DNA of 64,000 bases from assembly GCA_964016885.1 (NCBI GenBank), contig OZ024741.1, positions 111,724,001 to 111,788,000 of the forward strand, written 5' to 3'. Below the pieces are notes generated by a model. That model searched no databases, was not told the origin of the DNA, and saw only the letters and a program-made list of their open reading frames with translations. Within the stretch, counting starts at the first letter, position 1, and each line of letters opens with the position of its first letter. The position numbers and the translations under genes are program-made. Shown here in pieces: positions 46,375 to 59,400 of this stretch. The stretch comes from Eledone cirrhosa. Taxonomy: Eukaryota.

Positions 46375-47015
46375 AAATATATGGAGAATAGAAATGGCTG
46401 TGTAGTTGGTATTTAAGGTAACTTAAAATGCAGTGGGAATACGAAGAAAGCAAGAACAGGGGTTGGGGGGGGGGTTCCTCATCAGTTGTCTACTGGGGTC
46501 TAGTATATTTCTACGCTTTAAAGACAAGATACCACTTCAACCCAGGGCGTCAATAACTGGATAAGTTATTGGGAAAACGAAGCAAGGAGGGAAGGAAAAC
46601 GAAGGAGAAGAAAAGAGAAACAGTAACAAAACAGCGAAAAAAACACACAATCCGAGCAATGTGCGAGCAACTATAGGTAGGAAATCCAAGACCACTCGAT
46701 AATAGAACTTAAGTTAGAAACCGAGTAATCGAGAGAAAGGTCACACGTCCTATCGCCGCAGTTGTAACTGGGAAGAGAACTGCTAAACGGTCAGACGAGG
46801 GGGTGAAAGTGAGAAGGAGAAAGGGAGAGGAAGAAAGTGTAAGAGTAGATAGGGAGAAATAGAGGGGAAGAAAGAGGGGTGAGAGTAGAAAGTGGCGAAA
46901 TAGGAAGGTAGAAGGGGCGAGACATGATGAAATATATGGAAATAAAAATGACTGTGTAGTTGGTATTTAAGGTAACTTAAAATGCAGTGGGAATACGAAG
47001 AAAGCAAGAACAGAG
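46369..47015. repeat. ~556-bp unit with ~90-bp terminal direct repeat between TA tracts
   Basis: 46369-46459 repeated at 46925-47013. Confidence 0.7.
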
Positions 47016-47096
47016 GGGATATACATTTATATATATATACATTTATATATATATACACACACACACCCACACATACACACACACACACACATACAA

Positions 47097-47134
<38 letters not shown>

Positions 47135-47358
47135 GTTAGTTTCAGAAGATCCCGTTAAGGGTGAAAGCAGCGATTCTTGGCTTAAACTTTAATCTCTTAC
47201 TTTAATAAATATATACATATATATATACATATATATATATATATACATATATATATACATATATATATATATACATATATATATACATATATATATATAT
47301 ACATATATATATACATATATATATATATACATATATATATACATATATATATATATAC

Positions 47359-47424
<66 letters not shown>

Positions 47425-47428
47425 CATA

Positions 47429-47460
<32 letters not shown>

Positions 47461-47529
47461 CATATATATATATATAAATATATATATATATACACATATA
47501 TATACATATATATACATATGTATATATAC

Positions 47530-47572
<43 letters not shown>

Positions 47573-47605
47573 TATACATATATATATATATACATATATA
47601 TATAC

Positions 47606-47684
<79 letters not shown>

Positions 47685-47685
47685 C

Positions 47686-47756
<71 letters not shown>

Positions 47757-47877
47757 TATATATATATACACACATATATATATACATATATATATATACG
47801 TTATTCCGGGTTGAATCGGAGGTAACCACAGTAAGGTACTCAATACATAGCAGAGTATAAAAGTTTTAATATAGATG

Positions 47878-47928
47878 AGATTCTACAGGACTAGAACTGT
47901 TTCATTCATTAGAAATCATCAGGAATCT
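47878..47928 (-). ncRNA. type I hammerhead motif, family D
   Basis: Reverse complement of 49842-49892. Confidence 0.75.
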
Positions 47929-48433
47929 GGGTATCAAAAAATAAAAATGGTATTTATAGGTCTCTACAAGTGGTAGGAGAGGGTGGGGAGTGGGATGGGT
48001 GCAGGTCATTGGTTGATAGAAAAGGGAATTCATTAAAAGCTAATTCTACAAAGCTTTAGTTTATTTTTATTTATTTATGTTTTTAGAGTAACAAGGGCAG
48101 ACAGAATTATATAAACAGGTTCCGGATGGCATACCATTCCTTGTCATTAAGTTTCTCTTAAGCTAACAGATGTCTATAAAATCAGTGGGGGGTCAGTCAT
48201 GGTCAAGAGAATTAAAGAAAAGGGAGATTCTTTAAAAGCTAAAATCATTAAGGTTCTACTAAGTGACAAAGGTCTAGAGAATTCTGCAGATAGATTCAAA
48301 ATACTGAGTGCATATCTTACTATTATCTTCGAACTTCTCTTAAACTAATCAACTATATGCCAAAAATCAACAGACACATTCACAAAAAAACAAAAAGACA
48401 CATACTCACTCACACACTTACGCGCAACCATAA

Positions 48434-48521
<88 letters not shown>

Positions 48522-48709
48522 ATATATATATATATATGCACACACACATATATATACACATACACACACACATACACATACATACACACACACACACATA
48601 TATACACATATAAATACACTCACACACATACAAACACAAATATACATGTGTATACATATACACACAAATACATATAGACATATATACATACATATACACA
48701 GACACATAT

Positions 48710-48755
<46 letters not shown>

Positions 48756-48803
48756 ACACATACATACATACACATATATATATATATACACACACATACG
48801 TAT

Positions 48804-48838
<35 letters not shown>

Positions 48839-49092
48839 TATACACATATATACATACACACACATACATATATATATATAGATAAAAAAAAACCCATACA
48901 CACACATATATACATATACACACACATACACACAAACACACACACACATATATATACATAAACATATATATATATACATTCATATATATAACCATATACA
49001 TATATACATATATACACATACATATGTATATATATATATATATACACATAAAACAAATATATACACATACAAACACACACACACACATACAT

Positions 49093-49170
<78 letters not shown>

Positions 49171-49238
49171 ATACACACACATACACACATATACACGTAT
49201 ATAAGGAAAAAGCACCATACATACATATATATATATAT

Positions 49239-49354
<116 letters not shown>

Positions 49355-49422
49355 ATACACACACATACACACATATACACGTATATAAGGAAAAAGCACC
49401 ATACATACATATATATATATAT

Positions 49423-49519
<97 letters not shown>

Positions 49520-49526
49520 CATATAC

Positions 49527-49557
<31 letters not shown>

Positions 49558-49841
49558 TACACACACCCACATATATACATATATATATACACACACACAT
49601 ACACACATATACATATATATATATATATATATATACACATAAATATATACATATATTATAGAATTCTGTCTGCCCTTGTTACTCTAAAAACATAAATAAA
49701 TAAAAATAAACTAAAGCTTTGTAGAATTAGCTTTTAATGAATTCCCTTTTCTATCAACCAATGACCTGCACCCATCCCACTCCCCACCCTCTCCTACCAC
49801 TTGTAGAGACCTATAAATACCATTTTTATTTTTTGATACCC

Positions 49842-49892
49842 AGATTCCTGATGATTTCTAATGAATGAAACAGTTCTAGTCCTGTAGAATCT
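49842..49892 (+). ncRNA. type I hammerhead motif, family D
   Basis: AGATTC CTGATGA TTTC-TAAT-GAAT GAAA CAG-TTCTAGTC-CTG TA GAATCT; GUA triplet. Confidence 0.8.
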
Positions 49893-50006
49893 CATCTATA
49901 TTAAAACTATATATATATATATATATATACATATATATACATATATATATACATATATATATATATATACACATATATATATATATACACATATATATAC
50001 ATATAT

Positions 50007-50043
<37 letters not shown>

Positions 50044-50046
50044 CAC

Positions 50047-50163
<117 letters not shown>

Positions 50164-50300
50164 ATTTAAGTATCGAAAGAGAGAAGAAGAGATAAGCGAT
50201 ACATATAGTTAGTTGCAAATAGCTTGTGCATACGTGCTCAATACTTGTGCCTACAGGGTTAAATATTTTAGCGGGCGAGAATATAAGCAGAGCGGTTACA

Positions 50301-51285
50301 AGTGAGATTACAAAGGAGAAGATACCGTCAAAACATGTTTATATAAAAGCACCTGCGTATGTTTCACCCGAAAAAGGGCTTCTCAAGGGCATAGAAAACT
50401 AAAAAGTGTTCAGTACATGACCCAGGAGGGGTTTTAAGGTTATAGTTACATCAAAGTTCATTCTTCGTTCAAACACACGCGTTGGTTTTTGCCACAGAGC
50501 AAGGGGAGTAACTCTGGCCGGTGTTTGAAAAATTAAGCATTATATAGGGGCCACCTCTGGCCCGTTCAAAACTAGATTTCGAACACATCTGAACTCTTTT
50601 AGAAACATAAAACTAAGACACCCCACGTCACTTGCCAATTACATCACAACATTAAAAGACTCCAACATCAGCTTCTCCACACACTGGGAAATTGTCGGCA
50701 GGGCAGCACCGTACAATTTCAAGATGAAGTGCGAGCTTTGCCTCATGGAACTTTACTATATCATAAGAACACCCCTCGAGCTCATCAACAGCAGAGCAGA
50801 ATCGGTGATAAACTGCAGGCACCAAATACAGGTGTCTTACTTCTGATGGAAATCGACTGAGACATGAAAACCATAAACTGAGTCCCCCTGCACCAAACCA
50901 TAACACTCCGGTGGGCAGGTGGTTCAAATAAACATCTGTAAACCAACTATGCATCCCAGACCCTGCTTGAATCGACATTGGTAAAGCAGCACCCACAAAA
51001 TAGTAATGGGAAAACACCATCATGTGAACGGGTAATAAGCAGTTTGGGGACAATTATTCAAACACCGGCCAGAGTTACTCCCCTTGCTCTATGGCAAAAA
51101 CAACGCGTATGTTTGAACGAAGAATGAACTTTGATGTAACTATAACCTTAAAACCCCTCCTGGGTCATGTACTGAACACTTTTTAGTTTTCTATGCCCTT
51201 GAGAAGCCCTTTTCGGGCGAATCGTACGCAAGTACTTTTATATAAACATGTTGTAACGGTATATTCTCCTTTGTAATCATTTCAC
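50301..51285 (+). mobile_element. 5'-truncated Penelope-like element with inverted 5' pseudo-LTR (50301-50529 / 51057-51285)
   Basis: Typical PLE inverted-pLTR architecture around a GIY-YIG fragment; TA tracts outside. Confidence 0.85.
50529..50846 (+). pseudogene. GIY-YIG endonuclease C-terminal fragment, possibly Naiad-type PLE; open frame not in the ORF track
   Basis: KIKHYIGATSGPFKTRFRTHLNSF...TSLANYITTLK...WEIV...PY...CELCLMELYYI...LINSRAESVINCRH. Confidence 0.85.
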
Positions 51286-51299
51286 TTATACATATATAC

Positions 51300-51342
<43 letters not shown>

Positions 51343-51347
51343 TATAA

Positions 51348-51420
<73 letters not shown>

Positions 51421-51423
<3 letters not shown>

Positions 51424-52069
51424 TTTCTGAATTTGTTTAGCAAGATTCTTTATCTGCAAACGGGTGTTGAAACCGATATTGTTATGCTTTGGGAGGGTCA
51501 TGTTGCCAATAAGAAACACACGCACCAGTTGCTTTCACTTCAATTTATTATAAATTAAATTTATAAATTTAGGAATTTATAAATTTCCGGTTGGTTGGTT
51601 GGTTCCACAACCAGATGATTAGGACAAAATGAAAACACACACACACATAGAACAAACAACCAGCCAGTAACATGTAAATAAACAAATAAATAAACAAATA
51701 TAAACACACACAGACACCCGGATGTAACACATGCGCAAACTAACCACACAACACACACAAAAACAAGATGGCGTAGGACAGAACAAAGGAAAGGCACAAA
51801 AACAAAGAAAAGAATCCCCAGTCTCTGAAGAGGTCACAGAATGTGTGACGAAAGAACTTTGAAAATATATGAACAATCGTCTGGTTGTGGAACCAACCAA
51901 CCGGAAATTTATAAATTCCTAAATTTATAAATTTAATTTATAATAAATTGAAGTGAAAGCGACTGGTGCGTGTGTTTCTTATTGGCAACATGACCCGCCC
52001 AAAGCATAACAATATCGGTTTCAACACCCGTTTGCAGATAAAGAATCTTGCTAAACAAATTCAGAAACG

Positions 52070-52070
<1 letters not shown>
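51421..52070. mobile_element. family C fold-back (arms 51421-51615 / 51880-52070) with HHR motif at 51821-51863
   Basis: Matches 11800-12150; flanked by (TA)n. Confidence 0.85.
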
Positions 52071-52084
<14 letters not shown>

Positions 52085-52108
<24 letters not shown>

Positions 52109-52600
52109 CTTACACTTAAGTATCAGCCGTACTAAGAGTGAGAAATGAAATTTCGTTTCATTCTTTTGCATTTATCGTTTTCGGTGCGCCCTGCCGACTA
52201 ACTCACTCGATATGAAAATTAGGCTGCTCAGCCGTTAATATGCATAAAGAAAGTATATACTTTCGGACGTTCAATCATCTGACAGGAAGGTATACGATGC
52301 TAACGATAGCTAATAAGCTTGAAACTAGTACATCGTTCCTGTGTCAGTGTTGAACAAAAAGGCGACGATGGTTGCCTGAACACTGTAAGGCGTAATTCGG
52401 GCTGTTTGTTTACAAACAAACCGAACTTTATAATAAATGTTCGGTAAACCCATACATATATATATATATGTGCATGTATGTATATATATACATACTACTG
52501 TACGTCTGTATACATATATGTATGTACGTATACATACATACTTACACTTAAGTATCAGCCGTACTAAGAGTGAGAAATGAAATTTCGTTTCATTCTTTTC
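52085..52600 (+). mobile_element. family F ~452-bp unit with terminal redundancy and HHR motif 52294-52336 (CTAACGA mutant)
   Basis: 52087-52147 repeated at 52539-52599; ACGATG CTAACGA TAGCTAATAAGCTT GAAA CTAG TA CATCGT. Confidence 0.8.
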
Positions 52601-53311
52601 TCTCTATATATATATATTTATATATATATATGTATATATATATATACATATATAAAGGTTTCGGTAAAATATATGCATAACGTGCATAAGCGGTTGATAT
52701 TCAATAAAATCATAAATACTATGTTTAAGTATGCATATATGCATACAAACAACTCGATTTTGAGTAGGGCCATCGCTTAATATTTAAGCATGAGCATCAG
52801 GGACGTGGCTTTTTAATCCTACTAGAGACTTTCCTATGGCCAACAATACCATGCATCGCAAAAAATGTCACATATCAAGTGTTGCCTGTGCTTGAAGCTT
52901 TTTTTAAGTGCACTCTCTAAACACCGAATGCATTTCTCCCAAAAGAAGAACTGGTCTACATTAGATGCAAACGATGTCGCACGTTTAATATCAGAGTGAG
53001 CCTCTCTTAGAGAGATGACTTAATGAAGACTAGGAGTCTCTCGCTCCCCCACCAAATATATATTGAATGAGCGTTGACCCTCCTAAGATCCTCCGCCATT
53101 TGACGAGTTTTGCTTTTCATCTCGCAGGGTGACAAAAATTCCCCCCCTCACCAAGCAAGCTTGGTGTGTTGCCGATATAGTCACCGACAACCCACAGTTG
53201 TTGGTGACTATATCGACATGTTGTACTGAGTTACATGTTATTATTAGCGCTGAAGAGTGACCTAACATACATATACACACACACACACACACATATATAT
53301 ATACATATATA

Positions 53312-53390
53312 TAGGGTGTCTCCAAGACATTTGTACACATATTTATTAGAATGCTGTTGAAGTGTATATACATTTTCTCAGGACACCCTA
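53312..53390. mobile_element. tiny Tc1-like MITE remnant
   Basis: TAGGGTGTC...GACACCCTA termini in TA context. Confidence 0.45.
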
Positions 53391-53727
53391 TATATATATA
53401 TATATATATATATTTAGAGTTTAAACAGTCATTTACAATTAATTAGCTCAAAGAAAGAAGCATTTCTGAGCCGTGAAATACAAGTTAATATAAATTGATA
53501 TATTATAAACACATAAGTGTTTGCATTGCAAAAGACTAAGTCAGCTAGAATGAAATAAACTAATTAAAATAAATATAGTTTGGCTGTCTCGATATAAATC
53601 AATAAAAACAAGCTTATATTGGCAAAAGCCGTGATTCCTGAACAAATAAAAATTTAAAAATCCAAACCTGCTCCGTAGATGAATTTGAACCTCAAAACTA
53701 AAATATGCTTCGGAATGATGGTATAAT

Positions 53728-53773
<46 letters not shown>

Positions 53774-53777
53774 TATA

Positions 53778-53849
<72 letters not shown>

Positions 53850-54050
53850 ATATATATATATATATATATTGGAATATTGGAATATATATATATTGGAATA
53901 AATGCTCTGAAATAGCGATATATATGTGAATATAGACATAGAATATTCGAAAATATTCTGTATGTTTATAATAAACATTTTGAAGACCTAATCGCTATAG
54001 AATAGAATACGTCACGTATTACAATTAGATTCTCGATAAAAGCAAGGGAA

Positions 54051-54093
54051 GTAATCTACGCGTTTCATTCTTGTTAGAAATCTTCAGGACTAC
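54051..54093 (-). ncRNA. minimal hammerhead, family E
   Basis: Reverse complement of 54485-54527. Confidence 0.8.
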
Positions 54094-54484
54094 ATATCCA
54101 GTGCTTTTATCGAGAATGACACAGCTAGAGACTTATAGAATACTTAGCTGTGTACAGGAACTGGTTTGAAAGAGCGGTTGCCGGTCCGGCAGAAATTAGA
54201 AATTGGAATAAATGCTCTGAAATAGCGATATATATGTGAATATATGTAATACGTGACGTATTCTATTCTATAGCGATTAGGTCTTCAAAATGTTTATTAT
54301 AAACATACAGAATATTTTCGAATATTCTATGTCTATATTCACATATATATCGCTATTTCAGAGCATTTATTCCAATTTCTAATTTCTGCCGGACCGGCAA
54401 CCGCTCTTTCAAACCAGTTCCTGTACACAGCTAAGTATTCTATAAGTCTCTAGCTGTGTCATTCTCGATAAAAGCACTGGATAT

Positions 54485-54527
54485 GTAGTCCTGAAGATTT
54501 CTAACAAGAATGAAACGCGTAGATTAC
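54485..54527 (+). ncRNA. minimal type I hammerhead, family E
   Basis: GTAGTC CTGAAGA TTTCT-AACA-AGAAT GAAA CGCG TA GATTAC; palindromic ACGCGT stem III; GUA triplet. Confidence 0.85.
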
Positions 54528-54794
54528 TTCCCTTGCTTTTATCGAGAATCTAATTGTAATACGTGACGTATTCTATTCTATAGCGATTAGGTCTTCAAAA
54601 TGTTTATTATAAACATACAGAATATTTTCGAATATTCTATGTCTATATTCACATATATAACGCTATTTCAGAGCATTTATTCCAATTTCTAATTTCTGCC
54701 GGACCGGCAACCGCTCTTTCAAACCAGTTCCTGTACACAGCTAAGTATTCTATAAGTCTCTAGCTGTGTCATTCTCGATAAAAGCACTGGATAT

Positions 54795-54837
54795 GTAGTC
54801 CTGAAGATTTCTAACAAGAATGAAACGCGTAGATTAC
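54795..54837 (+). ncRNA. minimal type I hammerhead, family E (second tandem copy)
   Basis: Identical to 54485-54527, offset 310 nt. Confidence 0.85.
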
Positions 54838-54959
54838 TTCCCTTGCTTTTATCGAGAATCTAATTGTAATACGTGACGTATTCTATTCTATAGCGATTAG
54901 GTCTTCAAAATGTTTATTATAAACATACAGAATATTTTCGAATATTCTATGTCTATATT

Positions 54960-55004
<45 letters not shown>

Positions 55005-55068
55005 TATACCATCATTGCGAAGCATATTTTAGTTTTGAGGTTCAAATTCATCTACGGAGCAGGTTTGG

Positions 55069-55112
<44 letters not shown>

Positions 55113-55140
55113 TATACCATCATTGCGAAGCATATTTTAG

Positions 55141-55205
<65 letters not shown>

Positions 55206-55325
55206 CCATCATTGCGAAGCATATTTTAGTTTTGAGGTTCAAATTCATCTACGGAGCAGGTTTGGATTTTTAAATTTTTATTTGTTCAGGAATCACGGCT
55301 TTTGCCAATATAAGCTTGTTTTTAT

Positions 55326-55375
<50 letters not shown>

Positions 55376-55395
55376 TATTATATAATATATATATA

Positions 55396-55464
<69 letters not shown>

Positions 55465-55539
55465 CGCGCGCGAGATATTCCATTCACTAGGTATTTGTTA
55501 CACATGGCGCTTTGTTAACCCAAAGCTAGGGTAGAGTTT

Positions 55540-56020
55540 CCCCGTTTCTTATCCGGTCCAAGCTGCCGTGAGACCAATAATTGTTTGTTTGCCTGTTTCA
55601 TAAAAAGAACTACTCTAATATTTCAACACCCCTAAAAACGTTATATTTAATTCCAACCAGGAAAAGAATAATCAGCGTACTTCCAAACACACCATCATTA
55701 CTTGTAACTGCATTAAACCCAATAATTGTCCCTTAAGTCGTAAATATCAATGTATATGTAGCAACGGTAGATAATAACATATATATTTCTTATATTGGTC
55801 TTCCTGCAAACTTGCGCCAACCTAGATATTATCAGTACAGCAATTCCTTCCTTAATCAGAGAACAAAATATATGCCGCTATCAAATTCATTTGATATTCA
55901 GGGACAAATAAAATCAAAAATAATTTAAAATGGAAGTCACTAACCCATGCTATGTACTGTACTGCAAATTAGGATGACGGAAAAATTGAATGCTTTCACT
56001 CTTGTCGACATATACATTCC
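55540..56020 (+). pseudogene. degraded PLE GIY-YIG region
   Basis: TCNCIKPNNCPL, YVATV, YIGL and SCRH motifs in shifted frames. Confidence 0.55.
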
Positions 56021-58160
56021 AAACCCGTAAGAGATATAGAACAATGCTTTACCCTAAGAGATTGCTAACTACGACTACACGTAAATGACCATACTTAAAA
56101 ATCATAATTCTCACAAACATGCTTACTTCTATCAAATCACAGTTATAATGGTCACCGAAAGTATGTTACCCAACACATTTAGTTATGTACATGGAACTAT
56201 GATACATTATAATAAAAGATAGCTTAGACTTGAGACTTGCCTTTCTACAAATATCACCATACTATTTCTTGAAAACATCTTATACTTTCGTAATATATAT
56301 ATATAATATAAAATCATATTTCCTACAACATGCTATGCGATGGTAATTTTACATTTTAATAATCTCTTGGTATTAGAAAATAATATTTTAATTTGATTCT
56401 TCTTACAGTTTACTAACATAGCTCTTCCCTATAATAAACCAGGTTCCTAAACATATACAATTTGATTATAATTGAGCACTCGTAATCACGCACAAATTCC
56501 TAGTTTTTCTCCACATCCAATTCTTTTCGAATATAATACGATTTCCCCACAGTTTTCACAACATAGACAAATTCATATCATATATATGTATATACATAAT
56601 GGCATTCTCCTCAAAGCAATATACATACCACAATTTATCAGACACTAATAGGGTTAAATAATTCTAATTTTATTCGTATTTTTTTTTTACTGGTTATATT
56701 TGAGTTTCCCCCGTTTCTTAACCGACCTACACACTTCTCAGAAGTTCTATATTCTCGGATTTTATGGCTGTTTTTCTAATCTCTCCAAAAATATAAAACG
56801 ATAGCTGTCTTTCTAAGTAAATTAGCTTTTAGCTAAGATAAATATTTATATATCACACTCCACTTCGTTATAATCTGGTATTGAATTAATAAAAAAAATC
56901 CATGGCTATTTGTTCTAATGAGCAAACGCGCTGATGTTGCTCCTCTTTAAAGTGGAAACAGAAACTGTCTAGTAGGCGAGGACCATGGTTGGGTGGCTGA
57001 GATGGACTGTCTTTCTGACCATTCAATGATACTGAGGCCTTTCTGAAATGATTAAAAATTTCGCCCAGTGTACAGTCATTGGAAATAATACTACATAGTG
57101 TATTTGTACAGGAATAGAAATGAGCGGACAATTATATGCCACTCTTTTCTAGGTCGGACTCCGACAGTGATGAACAGCGCGCTTTCTAGATAGGGCCACC
57201 CAGTAGCACAGAAGTTCGTCAAAGACAACTTCGATTTAATCGTAACTACCATAGTCAATTCCCCTATACCGCTGTGTAAAATTCAGACCAGTGTAAATAT
57301 TTCAAGCTGTCCCAAATTCCAAGTTATTTTTCGGTAATCAAAAATTGCTTTCGAACCTTATTTCAAATTACTCCCGCATTGTACACGCATCGCCCATCTT
57401 CTCTGGTTTAGCTAAAATAATAAATTCTAAAGTTTACAACTTTTGATACGTATATGTTATAACACACCTAACATATAAAAATTTGAAAACTAGTCACAAA
57501 ATTTTAAAAAATGAAAATATATCCACAAAATGTTGGATTTAACATTTTTATTATGCCTGATTAAAGAATAACGTTTTTACATTCTTACGTTTTGACCATC
57601 AGAGATTGAAAATCTGCCAAAAATGTATTATTTGAAATAATGCTTTTTAATGAGAAAATTCACAAACGTAGAATTTTTTTATTGTGTAAAGAAATACACT
57701 TGATTTACATCTGAAGGGTATAACTATATCCCGTTCGCATGTGTATTTGACAAACACACAGATATATAATAAAGGGTTCGGAGAGTTGAGAGGCGAAAGA
57801 GCTACGGCGTCGAACAAAAGCACGGAAACGATACCATTAGTGATAGCAGCATTTCGATCGGTCACCAAACTTTGTTATTAGATGGAAACTTGCATTTTCC
57901 CAAATATAACCATTCTGCGAAAAGTGCTTTTAATCTGAATTTATTTGACTTGATTGAGAAATTAAATATCATAACCTAAGAACAGAGCAATGGGGAATAG
58001 ACCACGTAACATTTTCTGTCTTGTTGAGACTCGGATGCAGGGATAACAAACCTGGCAAGTAACATTAATAGTCTGTGCTTATTTTCAATAAAATTATATT
58101 TCTTTCCTTTTGTAAGGTTTCTCTAGCAATCGTTTGCTTTGTGCAGCGTGTTGATTGACT

Positions 58161-58600
58161 TCAGATCATTCTCTGATCTGAGAGGCTCAATATATTGCGT
58201 ATGATTCTGGCAGTGCTCATGATCGTAGAAATTCGAGCGCTGCCTACGAAGTCGGAGATCCGAAGGCTTTTGATGAAAGACGAAAGACGTTTAGGGACCG
58301 TACCTAGCACCCCAATGACGATTAGTTCTAATAGCGCCTGCAAGATCTGCATATTTATTGATCTTTCCATTTCCTTTTCAGCCATATTGTTGTCTTGAGG
58401 TATCACAATATCAATTACAGTCCATTTTGTAGGTTTGTTTGTTTTTACAACAATATGAGGGCGGTTGAGTTGGACTTTGTGGTCTTGACCTCAAGGTCCC
58501 TCGCCTATTAGGCAAAATTCAAGTGGAGTATGTTCGTACAACTGACATTGCGTTTCTATCTATTTTTTTTTACAACTCCCAATGGATTCTTCTGGCTATA
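58161..58600 (-). pseudogene. degraded Dong/R4 restriction-like endonuclease C-terminus
   Basis: IVIGVLGTVPK...STARIIRNIL, homologous to the end of the 38560-39171 ORF. Confidence 0.7.
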
Positions 58601-58619
58601 AGATCATAATGATGATAAT

Positions 58620-58817
58620 AATAAAGATTGCTAGTATAGGATAGTAATTTTTTTAGGGGGGGGGGGGTCGATTAAATCGACCTCAGTACGTTACTGGTGC
58701 TTTATGTTATTGACCCCGTAAGGATGAAAGGCAAAGTTAATCTCGGTGGGATTTGAACTCAGATTGTAAAGGACCGTAACTCTCAGCCATAAAGCATGTT
58801 GTCCGACGCCCTACCAA
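58620..58817 (-). mobile_element. SINE
   Basis: Family consensus. Confidence 0.8.
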
Positions 58818-58849
58818 ATAATGTGGCTTACATTACGACAGACAGAGAA

Positions 58850-59400
58850 ATATCGTGTCAACCTACCGCCCTATAACGTGCCCCTCCCCCATTAATGTGG
58901 AAAATTTTGACGGGTATAGTTTCCAAGGGAATATATGAACACCTTGAAAAAAAAGAGACTGCTACCTGTTGAGCAGAAGTGTTGACAAAAGCGAACAACG
59001 GGGACAAAGGATCAGTTGCTTATTGACAAGATGATCCTAAGAAATTGCAGGCGGAGATAAACAGGTTTATCACTGGGATGCGTGGACTATCAAAAAGCTT
59101 ATGACATGGTATCCTACACATGGATATTAGAAAGCATGAGATTGGTGGGCGTTGCAACGAATATCACATTGCTAATGAAAAATAGTATGGAAAAGTGGAA
59201 TGTAGAGCTTCATGCTGGTGAACAAAATTTGGGAGAGGTGGCAATAAAAAGAGGTATTTTTCAAGGAGGCAGTCTTCCACTTTTATGTGCGTGATTGTGT
59301 TGATGACAACGATTTTTGAGGAAGAGAAAATCTGGGCTTGATTTAGGAAAGAGGAAAGTCACAATATATCACCTGCAGTTCGTGTATTTATTCAGGATAT
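58850..59400 (+). pseudogene. degraded Dong/R4-type reverse transcriptase fragment
   Basis: YRPITC, GTKDQLLIDK, DYQKAYDMV, IKRGIFQG. Confidence 0.8.

Larger units (their letters stand above)
53892..54963. mobile_element. retrozyme-like array: 310-bp unit, 2.3 copies (+, 54245-54963) head-to-head with 1.1 inverted copies (53892-54243)
   Basis: Near-identical units starting at 54245, 54555 and 54865; one HHR per full unit; (TA)n on both sides. Confidence 0.85.

Noticed and set aside
46476-46520. CTGATGAG core with an upstream GAAA on the minus strand
   Set aside because: Stems I and II cannot be paired
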